Source of the DNA: Octopus sinensis
Lineage: Eukaryota
DNA: 10,202 bases
Direction of reading: 5' to 3'
Assembly: GCF_006345805.1 (NCBI RefSeq)
Contig: NW_021827478.1
Coordinates: forward strand, 1 to 10,202
In this document: in pieces, positions 1 through 7,879 of the stretch
Layout: every line of letters begins with the position of its first letter
How positions within the stretch are numbered: position 1 is the stretch's first letter
Notes under the pieces: generated by a model
The model's database searches: none
Told to the model about the DNA's origin: nothing
The model's input: only the letters and a program-made list of their open reading frames with translations
Made by a program: the position numbers and the translations under genes

Positions 1-131
1 AGCTTTTCTTTTGGGGGAGAAAAAAAAAGGTGGCATAGGTTTTCAATCAAAAGGGATCGTAAAAGGGAAAAAAGAACAAAAAAAAGAAAAAAAGAAAAAA
101 AGAAAAAAGGGAAAAGGAACAAAAGAAAAAA
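1..131. repeat. A-rich/purine-rich low-complexity tract
   Basis: Runs of A broken by single G/GG, e.g. aaaaagaaaaaaagaaaaaaagaaaaaagg; no coding or structural signal. Confidence 0.8.
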
Positions 132-133
132 TT

Positions 134-432
<299 letters not shown>

Positions 433-653
433 GTATATTGTTACTTATTGTTTGTTTCTTTTTTTATTTTCTTCATTTTGTTATCCTGAGCAGATGCTAA
501 ATTGAAATAAGCATGTTAATAAGTAAATAATTGAACCCATAACAATTAAATATCTAATTGCAAACTCCTCACAGTATATATACGTGTGTGTTATCTCACT
601 GTTTTTTTTATTGTTGATATTATTCTTATGCACATCGTAATCATCTCATCGTT

Positions 654-836
654 CAGGGCTGATCTATGACAAAGAGGTATCCTGTCCATGGCCACCTCAT
701 CCTCTCTGGCATTGCCTATATATGACTACATCCAGTGTGTTACTCTCTTTTCAGGTTGGTAGGAAGTAAGTAAAGGAACGTATGGTTGCTATTTCTAGGA
801 ATGCAAATGACGATCTAAAGGGTCCCTCATTGGCTT
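654..836 (-). mobile_element. Family C unclassified interspersed repeat, copy 1 (diverged)
   Basis: The reverse complement reads AGCCAATGAGGGACCCTTTAGATCGTC...CTAGAAATAGCAACC...CAGAGAGG...CCATGGACAGG...CTTTGTCATAG. This is colinear with 951-1158 (AGCCAAAAAGGAGGCCTCTAAATGGTC...TAGAAATAGTTGCC...CAGAGAGG...CCATGGCTGGAAGGTCTTTAGTCATAG). Confidence 0.75.
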
Positions 837-875
837 GCATCAATGTATGTATTTAAGGAGAGTAAACTTCATGAA

Positions 876-940
876 CCAACATCACCACCATCACTACCAT
901 CACCTCCACAATCACCACTACCAACAACAACAACAACAAT
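876..940. repeat. Degenerate (CAC)n/(CAA)n trinucleotide tract
   Basis: caccaccatcactaccatcacc...ccaacaacaacaacaacaat. Confidence 0.9.
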
Positions 941-950
941 AAGGAGGACA

Positions 951-1158
951 AGCCAAAAAGGAGGCCTCTAAATGGTCCCTCAAGTTGGTAGAAATAGTTG
1001 CCAAACCTCCCTCAAATCTCACCTAAAAATTTAATGAAAACTAGACTATATGGTCTCATATTTCCTGCACATTAGCAGAGAGGTGGAAATACCATGGCTG
1101 GAAGGTCTTTAGTCATAGTCTTGCTGTATCTGGGCTGAACTGACAGGGAACAATAACA
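951..1158 (+). mobile_element. Family C unclassified interspersed repeat, copy 2
   Basis: Shares AGCCAA.., TAGAAATAG..GCCAAA.CTCCC and CATGGCTGGAA..CTTT..TCATAG motifs with 654-836 (-), 1161-1350 and 6091-6300. Ends in GAACAATAAC, like copy 4. Confidence 0.78.
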
Positions 1159-1160
1159 CG

Positions 1161-1350
1161 AAGAAGTTAACCTCTACATGGTTATTGAATTTGCAAGAAA
1201 TTGTAGCCAGATCTCCCTCAAAGTACACATCTGTTCTACAAAATTTGTGTGATTCTGGTTCCAAGATGCAATGTTTATGAATACAAGACAAGATGGTCAT
1301 AAATAAAGCATACTCTGATCACACATCTGCTCAATAAGATCTCTGCCAAG
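1161..1350 (+). mobile_element. Family C unclassified interspersed repeat, copy 3 (tandem to copy 2)
   Basis: CCTCTACATGGTTATT...GCAAGAAATTGTAGCCAGATCTCCCTCAAA aligns with CCTCTAAATGGTCCCT...GTAGAAATAGTTGCCAAACCTCCCTCAAA of copy 2. The 3' segment GATGGTCAT...CTGATCAC is colinear with TTGGTCAG...TTGATCAT of copy 4. Confidence 0.65.
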
Positions 1351-1362
1351 AATACAGCTGTA

Positions 1363-1383
1363 TAATAATAATAATAATAATAA
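1363..1383. repeat. (AAT)n tract, probable (ATT)n tail of the adjacent minus-strand family B SINE
   Basis: Perfect AAT units directly abutting the 3' end of the 1384-1581 element. Confidence 0.85.
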
Positions 1384-1581
1384 CTCTTTCTACTATAGGA
1401 AAAAGGTGGCCTGAAATTCAGGGGAAGGGGCAAATTGATACATCAAAACCCAGTTCTCAAAGGGTATATATTTCATTGACCCTGAAAAGATGAACAGCAA
1501 AGACATCCTTGGCAGGATTTGAACACAGAACACAAAGACAGACAAAATACTACTAAGCATTTTGCCCAGCATGCCACCTTA
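1384..1581 (-). mobile_element. Family B tRNA-derived SINE, copy 1 (diverged, ~20 bp deletion in head)
   Basis: Colinear with 2376-2593 (CTTTCTAC.ATAGG..AAGG..CCTGAAATT, GATGAA..GCAAAG, GATTTGAAC.CAGAAC, CTAAGCATTT, CCACCTTAAT). B-box remnant GTGTTCAAATCC on the minus strand; the A-box segment is deleted. Confidence 0.85.
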
Positions 1582-1593
1582 ATAATAATAATG

Positions 1594-1654
<61 letters not shown>

Positions 1655-2030
1655 TGATAATAATAATGATAATGATGAATGATGATGATGATGATGATGA
1701 TAATAATAATATTAATAATAATAATAATGATATATTATATATAATAATAATAATGATAATATAATAATAATAATAATAATAAAATAATAATAATAATAAT
1801 AATAATAATGATGAATAATATGATAAGATGATGATGATGATGATGATGATGATAATAATAATAATATTAATAATAATAATAATGATAATATTAATAATAA
1901 TAATAATAATAATGATAATAATAATAATAATAATATTAATAATAATAATAATTATGATGATGAAGATGATAATGATAATGATGACAACAACAACAGCAAT
2001 AATAATAATGATACTAATAATAATAATAAT
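1582..2030. repeat. (AAT)n/(GAT)n compound trinucleotide microsatellite
   Basis: ~450 bp of AAT with GAT-variant patches; this is the source of the poly-I ORFs on both strands. Confidence 0.97.
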
Positions 2031-2034
2031 AAAA

Positions 2035-2219
2035 GGACTAGTCAATTTCAACAGACCCTAGTATTTCACTGGTACTTAACTTATCAACGTTTATCGATCC
2101 TGAGAGGATGAAAGGCAAAGTCAACCTCAGTGGAATTTGAATGCAGAACACAAAGAGAGATGAAATGCCACTAATAATTTTGCCCAGTATGTTCACGATT
2201 TTGCCAGCTTGCCACCTTA
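2035..2219 (-). mobile_element. Family B tRNA-derived SINE, copy 2 (lacks ~45 bp of its 3' end; ~10 bp internal TTATC-A/G-A duplication)
   Basis: GGACTAGTC...TTTCACTGGTACTTAA...GGATGAAAGGCAAAGTCAACCT...GGAATTTGAA...CAGAAC...TGCCAG...CCACCTTA matches 2420-2593. Confidence 0.9.
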
Positions 2220-2224
2220 CTCAC

Positions 2225-2249
2225 GATAATAGTAATAATAATAATAATG

Positions 2250-2286
<37 letters not shown>

Positions 2287-2302
2287 CAATAATAATAAAA
2301 AA

Positions 2303-2347
<45 letters not shown>

Positions 2348-2374
2348 AATAGTAATAATAATAATAACAATAAT
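2225..2374. repeat. (AAT)n microsatellite
   Basis: Tandem AAT with occasional GAT/AAC/AGT variants. Confidence 0.97.
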
Positions 2375-2375
2375 G

Positions 2376-2593
2376 ATCCTTTCTACAATAGGTACAAGGC
2401 CTGAAATTTGTGGATTGGGGGACTAGTCGATTACATCGACCCCAGTGTTTCACTGGTACTTAATTTATCAACTCCGAAAGGATGAAAGGCAAAGTCAACC
2501 TTGGTGGAATTTGAACTCAGAACATAGTAACAGGCGAAATACCGCTAAGCATTTCGCTTGGCACCCTAACTATTCTGCCAGTTCACCACCTTA
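2376..2593 (-). mobile_element. Family B tRNA-derived SINE, copy 3 (best preserved, full length)
   Basis: Minus strand has A-box-like TGGCAGAATAG (2580-2570) and B-box-like GAGTTCAAATTCC (2518-2506). These are followed by GTTGACTTTGCCTTTCATCCTTTCGGAGTTGATAAATTAAGTACCAG, which from memory resembles the Meta-domain-type SINE core (unverified), then two small hairpins and an (ATT)n tail. Confidence 0.92.
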
Positions 2594-2636
2594 ATAATTA
2601 TAATTATGATGATAATAATAATAATAATAATAATAA
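2593..2636. repeat. (AAT)n tract 5' of family B copy 3
   Basis: aataattataattatgatgataataataataataataataataa. Confidence 0.9.
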
Positions 2637-2732
2637 CCTTGACTCCAAGAAAACTATTACTCATCTCAACCAATAAAAATCAGATAAATATGTAATATAA
2701 ACGTTGCTAAAGAAAGGTAAAACATGAGTAAT

Positions 2733-3144
2733 ATGACGCAGGAGTGGCTGTGTGGTAAGTAGCTTGCTAACCAACCACATGGTTCCGGGTTCAGTCCCAC
2801 TGCGTGGCACCTTGCGCAAGTGTCTTCTGCTATAGCCCCAGGCAGACCAATGCCTTGTGAGTGGATTTGGTAGACGGAAACTGAAAGAAGCCTGTCGTAT
2901 ATATGTATATATATATAAGTGTGTGTGTATATGTTTGTGTGTCTGTGTTTGTCCCCCTAGCATTGCTTGACAACCGATGCTGGTGTGTTTATGTTCCCGT
3001 CACTTAGCGGTTCGGCAAAAGAGACTGATAGAATAAGTACTGGGCTTACAAAGAATAAGTCCCGAGGTCGATTTGCTCGACTAAAGGCGATGCTTCAGCA
3101 TGGCCGCAGTCAAATGACTGAAACAAGTAAAAGATTAAAGAGAA
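2733..3144 (+). mobile_element. Family A tRNA-derived CORE-like SINE (octopus OR/Octopus-SINE-like), copy 1, full length
   Basis: A-box-like TGGCTGTGTGG (2745-2755), B-box-like GGTTCAGTCCC (2788-2798), CORE-like ACCTTG(C/G)GCAAGTG, central (TA)n(TG)n and an AAGTAAAAGA tail. Possible 7-bp TSD AATATGA (2730-2736 / 3143-3149). ~93-95% identical by manual count to the reverse complement of 5553-5966 outside the microsatellite. The family name is from recall. Confidence 0.95.
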
Positions 3145-3344
3145 TATGAACAAAATCATCAAGTGTCACATTGGCAATGTAGATGACAAGTAACAAACTA
3201 CATCAACAACAACATCAGCAACATCAAATGAACCTGCTTGGAAAGATTTGTCGGTGGGGGCAGAGCTCCCTATTTTGTTCGCAGTAAGTGGAGATGGATA
3301 GAGGTGGACAATGGACGAAGTTGTCAGTTGTGAGAACCACAGTC

Positions 3345-3878
3345 ATGGTGATGAGCATAATGATGATGAGGATGATGGTGATGATGATAGGAAAATGAAT
3401 GGAAATGATAATGATGATGGTGATGATGATGATGATGATTATGATGAAGATTCAGTTGATGAGAGTGATGATGATGCTGATGATAATGAGGATGGTACTG
3501 ACAGCAACAAAATGATGATGATAATGCTGGCAGTGGACATCGTGGATGACAATGATGGTGATAACAATGAAAATGATGACGACAATGATGATGTTGATGA
3601 TGATGTGAAATTGATGCTGATGATGGTGTTGATGATGTTGATGATGATGATGATGATGATGATTATGATGATGATGATGATGGTGGCGATGATGCTGATG
3701 ATGATGATGATGGTGGCGATGATGCTGATGATGACAACAACGATGATAATGGTGATGATGACGATGAGGACAACACCGCCACTGATGACGATAATGATGA
3801 TGATGTTGTTGCTGTTGTTGGTGTTGTTGATGATGATGATGAAGATGATGCCGATGATGATGATGATGATAGTGCTAG

Positions 3879-3916
<38 letters not shown>

Positions 3917-4066
3917 CCGATGATGATGATAATGATGGTGGCAGTGATGGCGATGATGACAACGATGACAATGACAATATCAATAACAACGATAATAACG
4001 AGGTGTGTTATTATGATGATAATAACGATAACAATGACGATGACGACGACGACGACGATGACAACA
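3345..4066. repeat. Degenerate (GAT/ATG)n trinucleotide tract, ~720 bp
   Basis: GAT units with GGT/GAC/GCT/GTT/AAT variants and a perfect 30-bp tandem duplication at 3667-3726. Explains the poly-D/M, poly-I and poly-S ORFs. Confidence 0.96.
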
Positions 4067-4146
4067 AGAATAAACACTCTAACCTGCCTGAGCGTGGGAA
4101 CCTGTTTTCGGTGGGAAAATTTTTGTTTTTGTGCCTAACTTTTTAG

Positions 4147-4208
4147 TACTGCAGGCTGTTGAAAGGAATGCGATCTACGAGCGAGCGTATGCAGTCAGAA
4201 ACGCATGA
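4147..4208 (+). other. Candidate (possibly terminal) exon; unidentified
   Basis: Preceded by a T-rich tract, branch-point-like CTAAC (4135-4139) and TTTTTAG (AG 4145-4146); alternative acceptor CTGCAG ending at 4154. The segment is locally GC/CpG-rich and one frame reads (LQ)AVERNAIYERAYAVRNA-stop (TGA 4206-4208). No homology recognised. Confidence 0.25.
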
Positions 4209-4611
4209 AGAGAAAACATGCGAGCATTGAAATGCTATTTAATACATGGATGCATGTGTTTTGATATAATAATGCATGTTCCTAAGAACAGATTTAGTTA
4301 TATGTGTACATTACAACGGGTGCACCTGTCATATTGTATTCCGACTGATGTGTTTTTTCCCCCCTATCTTAACGCGTTACACATGTCTGTATTTCTGTGC
4401 GCACGTGTTGTTTTATAGATATGCGTGTGCGTGTGAGAGAGAGGCGTATTGCATTGTAAGTCTCTTTATGTGCATGTGCATGTCTGTATGTAGTTGTAAC
4501 TATGTATTTGCGTTCGCCAGCGTAGTTTGTTTTCATCGGTTATAAGAGCATTTATATGTGCTTGTTGTATGAGTGCATCTAAATATTGCATTAAGCACAA
4601 CTCACTGCCAT

Positions 4612-4920
4612 AAAAAAATATATTTATATATCTAGTTATCTATCTATCAATATCTATACACACACATGTGCGCATGTATAATCATATAAATGTACAAGTA
4701 TATATTCATATATATATATACATACATAAATACGTACATACATATATATATATATATATATACATATATAATTATATATATATATATATACATATGTATG
4801 TGTATATATATATACATATGTACGTATGTATATATATATACATATATATATATATTATATATGATATTCTAACAAATTTGGGATTTTACACATATATATA
4901 TATATATATAACACACACAC

Positions 4921-4951
<31 letters not shown>

Positions 4952-5142
4952 TATATGTATATATATATATAAATGTACATATATACATATATATATATAT
5001 ATAGCTATGTATCTATATAAGCACACCACACGCACACATGTATATATGCATTTCCATATAATTATAAATGCATATGTATATATTTATCCAGTATATATGC
5101 ATATAAATCCTCATCGTTGTCATGTACGTATACATACCTATA

Positions 5143-5181
<39 letters not shown>

Positions 5182-5320
5182 TATATACAAACACACACAA
5201 GCACACACACACATATATATGTATTTATATACACATACACACACATACTTATAAACATGTATATGCACATGTTCATACGCATGTGTGCATTGAAGCACAC
5301 ATGTAGATAGGATTACATGA
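4612..5320. repeat. Degenerate (TA)n/(CA)n/(TACA)n low-complexity tract
   Basis: Alternating purine-pyrimidine runs such as tatatatatatatacata; source of the Y/I/H/T-rich ORFs. Confidence 0.95.
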
Positions 5321-5552
5321 TATTTGTCAGTATACAAATATCCGATTCTGTGTGTGTGTGACTGAAATACTTTTATCTGTATAAAATTCTTTGTTGGCAA
5401 ACATACTTTCACAGTTAAATGCATATATATATATGAATCAATTTATCCGAGATTATCCGTCTTCGCATTTAATAACAAAGCATGTAGCACACTTCATCAA
5501 CACCAACCACAATGGATATTTTTTGACTATCACATACTTTTACATACAATAA

Positions 5553-5767
5553 TTTTACTCTTTTACTTGTTTCAGTCATTTGACTGTGGCCATGCTGGAG
5601 CACCGCCTTTAGTCGAGCAACTCGACGCCGGGACATATTCTTTGTAAGCCCAGTACTTATTCTATCGGTCTCTTTTTGCCGAACCACTAAGTGACGGGGA
5701 CGTAAACACATCAGCATCGGTTGTCAAGCAATGCTAGGGGGACAAACACACACACACACACACACAT

Positions 5768-5800
<33 letters not shown>

Positions 5801-5966
5801 CGACAGTCTTCTTTCAGTTTCCGTCTACCAAATCCACTCACAAGGCATTGGTCGGCCCGAGGCTATAGCAGAAGACACTTGCCCAAGATGCCACGCAGTG
5901 GGACTGAACCCGGAACCATGTGGTTGGTTAGCAAGCTACTTACCACACAGCCACTCCCGCGCCTAT
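5553..5966 (-). mobile_element. Family A SINE, copy 2, full length
   Basis: The reverse complement begins ATAGGCGCGGGAGTGGCTGTGTGGTAAGTAGCTTGCTAACC...GGGTTCAGTCCC and is colinear with 2733-3144 over the whole length. Confidence 0.96.
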
Positions 5967-6012
5967 AGTTAACTTTTGATTTTTATTCTCAGTGTTATTA
6001 TCAAAACTATAT

Positions 6013-6042
6013 CAGCAGCAATAACAACAACAACACAACAAT

Positions 6043-6079
<37 letters not shown>

Positions 6080-6082
6080 GCA
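6013..6082. repeat. (CAA)n microsatellite
   Basis: caacaacaac run immediately upstream of family C copy 4. Confidence 0.93.
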
Positions 6083-6090
6083 AACCGTTG

Positions 6091-6300
6091 AGCTAATGTA
6101 TAAGCATCTACATCATAGTCATTCGGGTTGTTAGAAATAGAAGCCAAACTCCCATGAAATCACACCTTAACATTTTAACAAAAATCAGGACACTTTGGGT
6201 AGTCATGTAGTCTTGGATGTGTTGTCTGAAGTTTGGAGGGGTTGGTCAGGGCTGGAATTCTTTGATCATTAGTTACAACAATTCTACTGCGAACAATAAC
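6091..6300 (+). mobile_element. Family C unclassified interspersed repeat, copy 4
   Basis: AGCTAATG...CATCTACAT...TTAGAAATAGAAGCCAAACTCCC...GGACACTTTGGGTAGTCAT...GGTCAGGGCTGGAATTCTTTGATCAT...GAACAATAAC is colinear with copies 1-3. Confidence 0.75.
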
Positions 6301-6358
6301 AAAAAATAACATAGGCAGAGATGATAATGATGATTGTCATATATAAATAAATAAATAG

Positions 6359-6412
<54 letters not shown>

Positions 6413-6440
6413 CTATTATTATTATTATTATTATTATCAA

Positions 6441-6496
<56 letters not shown>
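6359..6496. repeat. (AAT)11 fused directly to (ATT)n, forming a palindromic microsatellite
   Basis: AAT x11 (6361-6393) is followed with no spacer by ATT repeats from 6394. Perfect 36-bp palindrome; 70 bp (6359-6428) with one mismatch. Confidence 0.95.
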
Positions 6497-6497
<1 letters not shown>

Positions 6498-6498
6498 G

Positions 6499-6561
6499 CA
6501 TCATCACTGGCTTTATCATAACTGCTTAATATCCATTTACGATGCTGGCATGGGTTGGACT
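6499..6561 (-). mobile_element. Possible short 3'-end remnant of a fourth octopus SINE-like family
   Basis: CATCATC...ATGCTGGCATGGGTTGGAC resembles, from memory only, the (GAT)n-tailed end of a common octopus repeat. There is no second copy in the window to confirm it. Confidence 0.3.
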
Positions 6562-6571
6562 AAATTTATAT

Positions 6572-6869
6572 TTGTGTGTGCACGTGTATGTGTATGTGTG
6601 TATGTGTTTATGTGTGTATGTGTGTATGTATGCATGTATATATATTTTTATTCTTTTATATGTTTCAGCCTTGTGGCTTATATATACACATGCCTATACA
6701 TACATAAACATAACACATATACACATACACATGTATACACCACAAGCATACATAAATGTGTATGTACATACATATATAATATATATATGCACATATATAT
6801 ATACACAATACATACATGCAGACACACACACATATGCTCATGCACACATATACATACTTACATATCTAT

Positions 6870-6915
<46 letters not shown>
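6572..6915. repeat. Degenerate (TG)n/(TA)n/(CA)n low-complexity tract
   Basis: TG-rich first part, CA/TA-rich second part, and (CA)n at ~6873-6902. Confidence 0.92.
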
Positions 6916-7598
6916 TTTATTTTTTTAATTAATTTTTTTTCTATGTATTGGCTTATGATTTTCATTGTTTGATTTGCCTAGTAGTGGTTTTATCTCTAAT
7001 TTAAAATAATATATATACATATATATATGCAATCATTCAAATGAAATCTTCTCTAAATCCAAGCTCAACACACTTAAAATGAAAGCCACAACTCTATCAA
7101 TATGGGCAGGGAACATATCTGATTCTCTTTGTTTCAATGACAATTCCCTGATATTAAACGCATTTGTTGACTATTAAAAGCCCCCCCAAAGAAGCACAAA
7201 AACAACACAAAATAGCACAAGACCCCCCAAAAATATATTGATCTGGGGGCTTCATGTTTTTTAGGTATTTTTTCTTTTGTTCATGAAGATCATACGAGCC
7301 CTGTGTTATTTCAAAACTTTAGATGGATGTTACTGATAGTGAGCATTTGCCGCACTGTAGTAAAGTTTTAATAGCAACAAATTGACAACGGTTATCAGTT
7401 CTGCCTCTGGTGCCACAATAAATATCTGATTTACTTTTTCCAAAATAACAACGGAGACTGAATCTTTTATTTATTAGTTTGTATTTTGTCTGGAATTTTA
7501 TTTTTGCATTTCATTTTGTTTACTGTTTTTTTTTTTTTCGTCAATGACGAGTTTGCTTTGAATGACGGTACATATGTATATAAGTATGTGTGTATGTA

Positions 7599-7843
7599 TT
7601 ACTCTTTTATTACTCTTTTACTTGTTTCAGTCATTTGACTGCGTCCATGCTGGAGCACCGCCTTTAATCGAGCAACTCGACCCCGGGACTTATTCTTTTG
7701 TAAGCCCAGTACTCATTCTATCGTTCTCTTTTGCCGAACCGCTAAGTGACGGGGACATAAACACACCAGCATCGGTTGTAAGCAATGCTAGGGGGACAAA
7801 CACAGACACACAAACACACACACGCATATATATATATATATAT

Positions 7844-7879
<36 letters not shown>

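Noticed and set aside
1109-1300. 63-aa minus-strand ORF with normal-looking composition
   Set aside because: It overlaps the antisense strand of family C copies 2 and 3, and no recognisable domain or splice context is present.
1473-2453. Poly-Ile, poly-Asn and poly-Tyr ORFs
   Set aside because: These are direct translations of (AAT)n/(ATT)n microsatellites plus SINE sequence.
1384-2593. Regularly interspersed repeats superficially like a CRISPR array
   Set aside because: The units are ~200-bp diverged SINEs separated by microsatellites in eukaryotic DNA; there are no 23-50 bp identical repeats with unique spacers.
2736-2810. tRNA-like sequence with A and B boxes (also in the other family A and B heads)
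   Set aside because: It continues into SINE body sequence and lacks a complete cloverleaf with acceptor stem; these are tRNA-derived SINE heads, not tRNA genes.
2661-3149. Recurrent similar peptides (e.g. TTDAGVFMxPSLSGSAKE, EDTCPRCHAVGLNPEPCGW) in ORFs at 2661, 2967, 5469, 5721, 7562 and 7690 that look like a gene family
   Set aside because: The similarity simply reflects three copies of the non-coding family A SINE.
3311-4138. 275-aa ORF with an Asp-rich N-terminus reminiscent of molluscan acidic shell proteins (aspein/Asprich), then poly-Met
   Set aside because: It lies almost entirely in the (GAT)n tract, where the GAT and ATG registers have no stops. The three register shifts avoid the TGA frame with about 1-in-4 probability. 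There is no signal peptide, and a poly-Met C-terminal half is implausible.
4251-4482. Four TGCATG (Rbfox-type) motifs downstream of the 4147 exon candidate
   Set aside because: TGCATG is equally frequent in other TG/CA-rich tracts (e.g. 8057-8250), so composition explains it.
4668-5424. Y/I/H/T- and C/V/M-rich ORFs (also 6542-6972 and 8057-8308)
   Set aside because: These are translations of TA/CA/TG dinucleotide tracts.
7178-7252. AAGCCCCC...GGGGGCTT inverted repeat
   Set aside because: An 8-bp homopolymer-based stem with a ~60-nt loop is expected by chance.
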